This document shows positions 53,242 to 64,000 of a DNA stretch of 64,000 nt, one piece after another. This DNA comes from Lama glama (taxonomy: Eukaryota): NCBI GenBank assembly GCA_028534125.1, contig CM052818.1:45696001-45760000 (forward strand), in the 5' to 3' direction. Each line of letters opens with the position of its first letter. Within the stretch, counting starts at the first letter, position 1. The notes under the pieces are model-generated. The model was given only the letters and a program-made list of their open reading frames with translations, searched no databases and was not told where the DNA came from. A program made the position numbers and the translations under genes.

Positions 53242-53295
53242 GTGTGTGTGCATGTGTGTGCCTGTGTGTGTGTGTGTGTGTGTGTATGTGTGTGT
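53242..53295. repeat. Imperfect (TG)n microsatellite
   Basis: Visible TG run. Confidence 0.9.
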
Positions 53296-55351
53296 AAAGA
53301 GCTTCATGGACAATGAAGATGTTCTACTTCAGTGATGGTAAGGACAGTAAGCGATCAGGGACGCCTGACTCAAACTGCCACAAACCCTGCAGGCCTTGGG
53401 GATGGTTTTATGGGCTCAGCATAGAGTATTTTCCCTTTGGGATTACAAGGTCCTGAGGCCGGGCACTATCCCCAGTTTTCTGGGCCCCACACACTCTGGG
53501 TTTTCGTCCCTCGTTTAAAGGGTCATCCAGCAATCACCCTCAAATCCATTATGAGGTCTCACTAATCTCCCTTCTCCTATACTTGAATCTCCTCTTGTCT
53601 TTCCATCGCTGGCACCCTCCCTGGTCAGACCCTGGAAGGGCAGGGGCTTTCCAATGCTTCCCATTTGTGGGGCAGGACCCAAGTGATCTAGCTCATTGAA
53701 GCACCCCCCCTTAAATCCCACACCCTACCCACTGCCAGATGCCCACCCTGTCTCTCCCTCCCTGTTCCAGGGTACAGCCAGTCCTGCAATTTCCCTTGGC
53801 CCTGAGCCCTTCGCAGCCTGCCCCACCAACCCTGGGCTCTGCCCTCTGCTCCAGCACCATGGACCCGCTTGTCCTGTGCTCACCATGCAATTCTGCCCAG
53901 AAGCCCTTGCTCATCCAGCCCCTTGCCTCCTCCTTTCTCCTCCTGATTCTTGAGCACACAGCTCGGGTGCATTTCTCAGGAGCCACCACTTGCCCTCCTC
54001 TTGCCCTGCACTGGGCTCTTGTCCAGCCTGCTTTCCGTCCTGCTTGTTTTTGGAGCCAAGCTCTCCAGTTGTTCTATCATTCCCCAACTCCACATGAATT
54101 ATTTTTGGCTTACATGTGGTAGTTGCTGGCAACCCAGAGCCCTGACCCACACCCACTGGAGCAAGCTGCCCCTTCTCCACGATGCTCCCAGGAGACCCCA
54201 TTGGTGGCATTCTAACCCTCTGCTTAAGGATCTGTCCTCCACTCTAGACCATGAGTGCCTTGGATCTTACTGGCTCTGCATCCTCAGGGCCCAGCCCAGA
54301 TGCTCAGTGTTCCGTCTCTAGCCTTGGCTGTGTCTGACCACGGCAATCCAAGCAAGTGCTCTCTCTGCTGCCACCTCTCTCTGACTGGGTTTCACCAACA
54401 CTAGTTGCTCATCCATTAGAGCGGCTCTCTTTCTTCCTTCAGACCTTGGTTAAAGGAATTCCAAATCCAGTGTCATTGTCTGGAAGCCACAAGCAGAAAT
54501 AATGGCTTTGACTTCAGTCCCCACACTATTCCTAAGAATGAGGAGGCAAAACCTCTTAAGAACCCAACACGTTCGTTTGCCTTTGGGCCGCACACGGGGG
54601 CCGCTTCAGCTGTGTGTGTTTCCAGTGGCTTGTCTTGGCTTTTTGGCAAAGGAAGAAATGGATCCAACCATTGACCCCTGGCTGCATTGCTGCTGTGTTT
54701 AGTGACCCCGACGCCTTGAGACTTCTGCTGTCAGGGCCGTGTGACAGTGAGCCTGAGCAGTTCACCCTGCTTTCACAGAGACCCCGTGCGCACCTTTAAC
54801 TCTCCAGATGTAGGACCAAGAATAGCTTTTGTCTGCGATATTACGCCTAAGCCTGCAGAGAATGGCTCTTTGGGGCAGCTTGCACAGGGCCAGGGCTGGG
54901 TTTCGGAAGCACCAAGGACAGCTGCCTGCCCAGTTGGCTCTACAGGGTCCGCACAAGTCCATGGGGACACGGTTTTCCCCCTGAACACTGGTCTCTAAGA
55001 AGCACTCCTTGAAAGAAGGTTCTGGGAAATGTTACCCCCTCAGTTCCCTCCTGGAGGTCCCATTAGCAGATTGAGAGCCTGAGAATCCTGCAGGAAAGAA
55101 CTCTGTTAACCTCACTGACCAAGACTGAAATCGGAACAGGTAGATGGTACCCTGGGCTCCTGGGCCACCACCTGGCCTTCACCCTCGGGGTCTTCCTCAG
55201 CTACAGGAGGAGGTGTGCGAGGAAGACCCCACTCTGCTCTCACTGGCCTTTCTGGGAAGAGGGAGAAACCATTTCAAGGTCAACTTCTTTTTTCCAGCAC
55301 CATGGATGCATTAAGAGAAAAAGCGTTTGAACTAAAGCAGGTATATACATA

Positions 55352-55355
<4 letters not shown>

Positions 55356-55384
<29 letters not shown>

Positions 55385-55398
55385 CTGTGTGTGTGTGT
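55356..55398. repeat. (TG)n microsatellite
   Basis: About 21 TG units with one interruption. Confidence 0.95.
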
Positions 55399-56911
55399 AT
55401 ACACACTTCATCCCACTAAAAGCCCATCTCCACTCCAACGTGCCCAGTCATCCTTGACCAGTGGTAAAGCTGATGATCACTGACAATTACCGGGCACTCG
55501 CTGTGTGGTGTGTGTGCCCTGTCTTACGGTCATGGTTCCAACCGTTACCGCCTTTAAGGAAGTGCAGAGCATGCTCCTCAGCACGTAACAGGCGCTCCAC
55601 GAGTTGCATGGTACACCATGCTGTGTTTTCGTCTTTGTGAGTTGATATAAAGGTCTTAGAAATCTATGTATTTCCTACAGCCCTTAGTAGGCTGCCTGGC
55701 CCATGGTAGGACCTGATGAACGGTAAATTAAGGGTCATTGAAGAAACAGCCACCGGTGCTGTGAAGTTGGGGGATGGAACATGTCTCCTCAAATAAACAT
55801 TCAATTCAAATCAAACAGTGCACTTTCCAAAGGGCATCGGTCAAAGCCCAAAGCTACGCTCACTTCCTCAACTTAAGGGCAGGTGGCTGCCCCATGTAGA
55901 GGTTCTGGGAGCCCTCACTCAGCTTGAACTGGGGTTATTGTCCTGGAAACGTTTACCACTAGTGGTCAGCAGGGGGCAGGCTTGGCCTTCATGTCGCTAA
56001 CAGGGTCTTTCCCTCCAGGCTAGAAGCCAAGCAGGAGGCACTCTCTGCTCTCCAGGTGAGAGCAATTGTGATCTGAAAAAGGACTGAGAGACAGAGAAGG
56101 AGAAGGGAGCTCAGGCTTCACATGCCGAGGCTGAGAGCAGGGGCCTGGGGCAGAGCTGTTTTTCCATAGATGACACCAGGCCACAGGTCTTTTACAAAGG
56201 AGACATGCTAATCCATTTTCTAGTTATTGATACAGTCATGCTGAGCATCCAAAAGGGCACGATTTTGGAAGTAGGCAGACCTCTGTGGAATTTCTCTTCT
56301 CCTCCAGCTGGTGTGACCCTGGGAAGCTACACACTCAGTGGGACAGCCACCTGGCTAAGGGGTTTTGCCTACGCACCTCATTCAGTCCTCCGGCAGGACG
56401 CGGAGAAGGGCTGTGGTGTGTGACACACACCAGTTGTGTGACCCCGAGCCAGGTATTACCGCCTCTCCAGGCCTCAGCTTGCTCATCCGAAAGGATGGCA
56501 TTTAGACCCTGTCATCGCTAGATGTCCTTTGAGCTCTGTCCCATTCTGCTCTCATCCTATGATGAGTTCAGTGCCAGAAGGTGAAACCAAGTTGTGCAGT
56601 GCTCGAGAAATTAGCCCTGCCCGTCTCGGTACAGTGGCCGGCGTGTCCCCCATCAGTGCTCACCGGACTGATAGCATCCTTTAGCTGATTATATGTCCTC
56701 AGTTCAATTAACCAAACGTTTCTCATGAGCTCTAGGGAATAACTGGCTTTCCCCATTAATTCTCTGGAAAAATGTCTTTTGGATTTTAAACCATCGTCTT
56801 TTACCAGTGCATTTTGAGCCCACATCCTCTGAGTGCTTATTATGGGCCAGACCGTGTCGTGTGCTAATGGCTTGACATGAGTTACTGCATTTAATTTCAT
56901 TCACTTTTCCA

Positions 56912-57085
56912 AGGGAGGGTATAGCTCAAGTGGTAGAGTACATAGTTAGCATGCATCGTCCTGGGTTTAATCCCCAGTATCTCCTCTAAGAATAAGTAAA
57001 TAACTAAAAACCTACTTACCTCCCCCCACCAAAAAAAACCCCTAAACTTTAAAAAATGACAGTTGAGTTTAAAAAAAAGAAAAAA
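56912..57085 (+). mobile_element. Camelid tRNA-derived SINE nested in a MIR
   Basis: TSD aatttcattcactt; the flanks form a MIR (56820-57230). Confidence 0.85.
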
Positions 57086-57419
57086 ATTTCATTCACTTCT
57101 CACAGCAACCTGACGAGGCAGGTGTTATTCATCCCCATTTGATGGATGAGGAAACTGAGGCACAGTGAGATTAAGCTACGCAGCTGATGCAGACCAGATT
57201 CACACCCGAATGTCTCCGTTCCCAAGGTGTCACTGCTCCACAAAGCTAACACTTGAGAATGGACTTCATTTCTGTGTTGGCCTTGGCTGGATGGTGTGCA
57301 TGTGACCAGACATATTTCTGCTCTAGAGAAACAAACACTTTTGAAAGAAGAGTTTATGGATGGTTTGCCCTGCTTGACCCTGGAGAAGAAAAGTGGCTGT
57401 CACACCCCCTTCTCTCACA

Positions 57420-57980
57420 CTGATCAACAAGAGTTACTGAGGGCCCAGTACTAAGTCTAGTTGCTGGGGTCATTGCTAGGGACAGCAGGGAAAAAAACCC
57501 TGCCCCTGGGAGCTTATATTCCAGTAGGAGAAAAACAGAAGCAAACAATACACATAATTAATAAGTAAATTAAATTGTATGCTAGAAGGAGAAAGGGCTA
57601 TGGAAAGAAAATTAGAGCAAAACAAAGAGAGTCTGAAGTGTAGGAGGGGAGATTTAATTTAAAATAAGCCTCCCTGTGATGATGAAATGGGGGGAGGGAG
57701 TGGGGATGAGAGAGGTGGATGGATGTGAGCTGTGCAGCTTCCTGAAAGAGTGACACACAGTCAGTGCAAAGGCCCTGAGGTGCATGTGTGTCTGGCCAGG
57801 TTGAGGATGAGCAAGGAGACCCAGGAGGCTGGAGAGGGATGGGAGAGGGCAATGGAGGTGGTCAGAAGTGGCCAGATTCTAGATATGTAATGAGAAGGCA
57901 GAACTAAGGGAGTTGCTGATGGTTTGAAGGTGAGGGTAGAGGAGTCGAGGAGGACCCCAAGTAAGGCTTTATCCAGGTTT
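57420..57980 (-). mobile_element. L2 fragment
   Basis: ccctgggagcttatattccagt and agtgcaaaggccctgagg motifs. Confidence 0.65.
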
Positions 57981-58605
57981 CCCAATTTTTCTCCCTCCTG
58001 TCGTTTTGTGATACAGGATCCCTCCCTGTGTTTTGTTGTCATGTCTCCTCACTCTCCTCCAATCCAGGATGGTTTCTTGATCTCCTTGGCTCCTCTCTCC
58101 TTTCTCCTTGGGCTCCAGGTCTGGGCAGGAGTCTGGGGCCAGGGTGGAGCTCGGGCCACCTGCCCAGGTAGCCCACCCCAGGACAGGAGCAGTGGAAGCC
58201 AGGTCTCTCCCTAGCCTGGTCCCGGGCTCACTGCGGCTCTTAGCCCAGGGACTGCCAATCCCTGGTCACCGTGGCCACTGCTGATCAACAGAGCTGGGTC
58301 TGGGAGGCAGCAAAACATCCCCTTCGTGTTGCCTGTTTCTCCAACAAAGCACTGATGGCTAAGGAAAGGGTGGATCCTCCTGAACACATTAAAGCACTAA
58401 CTCTGAAATTTACTCCTGAGGCTGAAGAACCCTGCAGCCAGTCAGGCGAGGCCCTTCTGCCCCTACCCACCCCCTCTCGCCCGGACCATTGACCCAGAGT
58501 TCCGCAGAGCACAGCCAGAGAGGGACCTGCTGCGGCTGCATTTTGGAGCTCAAACCACAGTAGTGCTGCTGGCCTCGTTCAAGCCAGGAAGAGTCTGATG
58601 GCCCG

Positions 58606-58619
58606 GTTACCATGGCAAC
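58606..58619. promoter_or_regulatory. RFX X-box
   Basis: GTTACCATGGCAAC, an exact match to GTTRCCATGGYAAC. Confidence 0.65.
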
Positions 58620-60650
58620 CAAAGTTTGCTGTAAGGGCAGCTGGTGTTTAATCTTATTTGGTCTTAGAGGTGCATGATGTCATGATGGTGGAGGCGCCAC
58701 ACCAAGTCAGATGACTCTCTCCCGCAGTTGGCTGCCAGAGGTGGGCATACGGTTGCCAGGTCACACAAACTGAAAGCCGGACTGGGATCTTTTTAGGGGC
58801 TGGAAGATGCTGGTACAGCCATGGCCTGGGGAAGAGGCTCCTCAGAGGACAGGAGCATGTGCTTCAAAAGTGCTACCAAAGTCATTCGGGTAACCGTCTG
58901 CTGCTCTGCTGGTTAGGGTGGCTCGTTGGTGACGGAGGCATGGCCAGGACCCGGGACACCTGGGCTCAGCATTAGGACAGGTGTTGTGGGGGCAACAAGG
59001 GTTGCTGCAAGGCCACCAGAGGCCCTAGCATCATTAGCTGTGTGACTGTGGGCAAGTGTCTTGGCCTCGCTGTCCATCAAATGGGAGACCACAGAATCTA
59101 CTCCATGATGCTGCCAAAGGTTTAACCACCAGAACCTCAGAGTGCCCAGGGCACCACAGCGCTCAATGACAGCTTGAAATCCTTTCTCAGGGACCCTGTC
59201 CTTCAGGACTCTCTTCTGAGCATGCACTCCCCAGGGCGCCCTCCAGTGCCAGCTCCACACCCCCTTGTTTACCGTGTGCTCACACTCGCAGTGGCTGTCA
59301 CACATCAGCGCCAGCAGAGGACTGCACTGGCTGCGCTCCAAGTGGCAGAGTGATGTCGGGAGGTGGGAGGGGAGTGGGCTGGGGCTGGAAAGCCATTGTT
59401 TAATTTAGGATTTCATTCCATGCCATATGCAGGATTCTTTATAAAAATCAGGTTGCTGTTTCCCCCACTATAGCAGTAAGCTAAGTACCCGTGAGGGCAT
59501 TTGGAAGGTGGTACTAGCTCTCATTTCCCTGCCCTCACCCCTGGGCACACCAAGCACCAGCCTGTGCCGCGCCTTCCACAGCTCCGTGCCTTGGCCTCTG
59601 CTTCTGAGACTCTCTGCTCAAAAGAAAAATCCCCAGCTCTGGTGTTTTCTGCATGGTTTATTTCTTGACTTATTAACTCATGTAAATTCTCCTTCTGTAT
59701 TTTGTACCTGTCATTTCACATTTCTCACTTCATTTTAATTATGTAACACAGCTGTCTCTCCCACTGGTCCCTGAGCTCCTTGAAGGCAAGGATCAGGAAT
59801 CATTTCTTTGTAAATTCCCCAAGTGAATCACATGGTAAGTGCTTTACCAATGTTCGCAGAGTTGAATCAAATTGCATTTATATGGTGGGTATACGTGTTC
59901 AAACAGATTGACTTGCTTTTCTAACTATTTCATTTTGGGATATGTTTGCTTTCAGTTTAAATAATCAAAGCATTTGGATAAATATTCTTGAGTGGATTAA
60001 AAATAACTGAATATATTCCTAGCGTTGATACTTGCAAAAAATTGAAAAGATTTTTTTCCTTTCATTTGTATCTGAATAAGAGAAAGAAGAAGGGAAGGGA
60101 AACGCTTTTAACATTTTATCTGTAAGGAAGAAATAAAATATAGAGGTAGAAGGTAAAGGTGACTTTCACATCTAGTTTCTGGTTCATATACAAGAAGGAA
60201 TTTAAAAACTGCGAAGGCTGGTTTGTCTGCAAGAACCTTTCTGCTTTGGGTTTCATAACACAACAGTCTCACTTGGGGCCCCAGGTGAGCATGCTGAGTT
60301 AGGTATGAAGGCAGAAATAAGTTACTAAAAATCGTAGGTGGTTAATAAGAAATTAAACAAAAAAGAAAAAAGAAAAGAAAAAAATCATAGGTGGTTAATA
60401 TTAACTTCCTTTTCTTTCATGAATAAACTCTATCATCTGGGACTAACGGGTGAAACTCAGAGGCCTTTCAGCTAAACCAGGGGTCCACACGCTTTCTGTA
60501 AAGGGCGGATGGGAAGTATTTTAGGCCTTGTAGGACAGCTGGTCTCTGAAGCAACTATTAACCCTTCACACGCTACAAGTTTTAACTTTTTAGGAAATGT
60601 AGGAAAATACATTTGCTTCTTTTAGTACTCAGAGATTTTATGTGACTTAC

Positions 60651-61116
60651 TGTATTATTAGTTTGGGTTCTCAGAGAACCAGAACCAATAGGAGATATAT
60701 AAATATATTTAAGAGGAGACATTATAGGAACTGGCTCACAGGATTATAGAGGCTGAGAGGTCCCACGATATACTGTATGCAGGTTGGAGTCCCAGGAAAG
60801 CTGGTGGTGTAATTCAGTCTGAGTTCAGAGGCCTGAGAATGAGAAGGACTATGTCCACAGGCAGGAGAAGACAGTGCCCCAGCTCAGGTAGAGAGAGAAT
60901 TCTGCCTTCCTCCACCTTTTTGTTGTCTTCAGACCATCAAGGGATTGAATGGTACCCACTGGCATTGGTGAGGGCGGTCTTTTTTACTCAGTCTACAGAG
61001 TTAAATGCTAATCTCTTCTGGAAACACCCTCACAGACACACCTAGAAATAATATTTTACCAGCTATCTGAGCAACCCTTAGCTCTGTCAAATTGACGCAT
61101 AAAATTAACCATCACA
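60651..61116. mobile_element. MLT2-type (ERVL) solo LTR
   Basis: tgtatt...agaaccaataggagatatat start and aaattaaccatcaca end. Confidence 0.8.
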
Positions 61117-61344
61117 ACTACCGTTAAAGCAACTCTTACTAAAAACAAAAAAAATTACAATCACAGTTTTAAAAAATCTCAGTTTCTAAGAATATATTTA
61201 AGACTAACTTTATTACTAAACTTATTCATGTTTAAAATCCCCAATGAGGTAGAGTAGTGTAGACTTCGAAAACTGAAAACCTGACTCCCTTATTCTCCAG
61301 GGCCTAACGTGGTTCACGGAGACGAGTGTCAATTTCTTTCCCGT

Positions 61345-61720
61345 TTTTGTGTCAGTGAGGGCAGGCTCGATTATGCCACAGTAAGAAACACCCCCAGTAG
61401 AACTGTCTTGGGATAGCCAAGATTTAGTTCTTACCTAGTTCTTACCTAGGCTACTCGTCCATCACGAGCTGGCCAGGGGATATGCTCCGGGTGCCCCCGT
61501 CTAAGACCCTGGCTGACAGAGCTGCCGCCACCTTGTATGTGGCCAGTCACAGTGGCCGAGAAAGAAGTTGAGCGGCTCTTTCAGAATAATTAATTTTTCT
61601 ACTCTGGAAGTGACACACCCACTTTTGCTCATAATTCACTACCCAGAGGTTGTCCCAGGACCACCCAGTTCCCAAGGAGGAGAAATGCGTCCCTACCAAA
61701 CACCCAGGGGAAAGGTTCGG
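61345..61720. mobile_element. MaLR (MLT1-like) LTR fragment
   Basis: ggaagtgacacac...ctcataattcact motifs. Confidence 0.5.
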
Positions 61721-64000
61721 AGAGCAGCCGTGTCAGACGTGGCATTCTAAATCTATCATATTTCTCCAGCTTCGTTTCTTCTCTGCGGCAGGACTAGTTT
61801 GTCAGAATATGATTAGGGATTTGTGCTTTGATCTTGTGTGTTTGTGTATGTGCACGTGCACAGGAATTGGGAAAAATTATTTGGCAAGAGAGAGTGAAAA
61901 AGTTACTTTAAAATGAGGCCATATCCCTAATCACTGACATACTTCAAGCTCTGGGTTAATAGTGTCAGAGGAACTGGCCGGCCTTAGCGAGCCCACGTGG
62001 CGCCTTCGTCTAGGAGGATGCAGCTCTGCCCACAGAGGACAGCTTGGTGAATGAAGCGTGGCCAAACTGCAGCCTCCACTTACTGCTTGATCAGGTACTT
62101 TTGTTCAATGAACAACCTGTACAACTCTACACAGCGAGCAACCTACTCATCTGTTTGAAAGTCCTGTGTCCTGGGAACACCCTCAGTCCCGGGCAAATAA
62201 GAATGGTTTGTCACCCGACGTGCATGGTAGCCCTGGGTACCAGCGTTGTCGTTCCTTATACTCAGAAATCAGCTTGTCTATTCTCCTAGGTTCCTCATTT
62301 ATTTAAGTATATCGAGCATAATGGCAAAAACCTGGGGACTAGACAGACCTGGGCTCCAGTCCCAGCCCTGTTACTTAGTAGCTTTGAGACAAGCAGGTCC
62401 CCCACTCTTCTGAGCATCAGCTTTGCAACCATAAAATGGAGGCAGGTAGCATCTACCTCAGAAGTTTGTTGAGAGCCACTGTCCGTAAAGAAACCAGGGC
62501 AGAGCTCGGCAGCCTCTCAGGAAGTGGTGGTTGATGGCACAGAGGAGGAAGCTGCATTCTGGAGGACAAGAGATCCTTCCCGGCAGGAGGGCCTGTACAC
62601 ACAGGCATCCCTCAGTACAGTTGTGAGCAGGCTGGGACTCAACTCCACTTCACAAGTTAAAGAGCTGCGAACAAGAGAGCCGAGAGACTGAATGTTGAAT
62701 CTGAGCTTTAAGCAGAGACCTCTGTTCCTTCAGCTGATTGATTCACTGCTTAATTCGCGGGTCTCCAGTGAGAAGTAGCCATCAGCATTCTCCCAGCTCT
62801 CTGGGATCACGGGCTGGTTCTGGGCAGAACTGGCCATCCAAACAGGGCAGCTCCCACACTGCAGAGTTGCCATTCATGGTGAGGGGGTTTGAGCTTAAAG
62901 TCGGACATTTCATGTCTGTTACACGCTCTTTTTCACCAGTGATATTGCAAAGGTTAACTTCTGTGAGAAACAGGGCATGTTAGAGGCCACATTTGCCAAG
63001 CCTTCATTGCCTCCTCCCAGCACTACCCCTTCTGCTGTCCTGCTACACAATTGCTTCAGGATGATCAATAACCCTAACAAAGCCTAGAGTCTGAGTATGC
63101 TTGGAGTGCCTCCAAATCTCCAACCCCAGACTGGGGGTACATGGAAAGGAGAATCACATGTGGCTTTCTGTACAACAGATCTTCAAGGAGAAGGGAGCGG
63201 GTTCACTGAGGCCAGTGACTGTGGATACCGTTCTGCACAGTCATGATGTCTGCCCCGTCCACAGCCCCTGGGAAGGACAGTCCCTCCACACGAGCCATCA
63301 CCATAGCTCAATGGACAGGTGTGGGCGCCTGAACCCAGAGGAGCCCAATTCCAAAGTGGCCAGCTTCCTGCCCTTACTAAACACCCTGCCCCCTACAGCT
63401 CCCCACTCCAGGTGAAAACTTGGCAGAAAAAGTCTTATTTACACAGTAGCAGAGGAAGCCACATCAGCAACCTGGTCCTTTTTTGTTACCCATGAATGGG
63501 GTGGGGTAGGGGACGATGCACTGTTCCTGTGAAGACCTTTAATCAGTCCTTTGGTTTATATTCCTACTCGCCGTTCCCACCTTTGGTCATACCTGCTGAC
63601 CAAGTCCCAGAGCCTCGTCTGTTAGAAGGCTGACTCCTGTTTCCTCTCTGGCCTCTGACATCGTATCTTAGGTTGTAATTTCTCTTTGTGTTTCATCTGT
63701 TTCATCTGGCCACTTTCTACTATCAGCTTCCCATCTTCCAGACGTGTGTTGAAATCTCTTGTGATTTTCTCTCCCCTTTCTAACCCCTTCCCTGTCCCTT
63801 TTTCCCTTTCTGAACTTTTTTTTAAAAAAAAAACCTTCAATATCTTAATTTCAGGGGGAGTTGCGAAAAACAAGAGAAGCAAACTCTGCCTAATGTGTCA
63901 TTTTGAACCAGAAGCCCGTATGTGTCTCTTTAAGCACTGAGTACTGATCAACTTACGGAAAGTCTGCGTCACAAAGCCCACTTTCCATCTCTTATTCAAA

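Overview
Mammalian genomic DNA, very probably camelid: it carries about ten tRNA-Ala-derived Vic-1-type SINEs. The only protein-coding gene I can support is an intact 10-exon RRM2 (ribonucleotide reductase small subunit) on the minus strand. Its CDS runs 40191->34964 (1179 nt, 392 aa, all introns GT-AG), with a CpG-island promoter at ~39760-40830 and a ~1.7 kb 3' UTR. The rest is intergenic: ERV LTRs (four clustered at 3.7-7.1 kb), L1, L2, MIR and DNA-transposon fragments, microsatellites, two 500-N assembly gaps and several candidate regulatory elements. Almost all ORFs in the supplied track are spurious. I found no convincing new biological system. The best leads are modest: a second CpG island with a possible divergent spliced transcript, a perfect RFX X-box cluster, paired E2F sites in RRM2 intron 2, an apparently altered proximal poly(A) signal, and a young LTR spanning a gap that could hide a provirus. 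Repeat family names and human comparisons come from pattern recognition and memory, not from searches.
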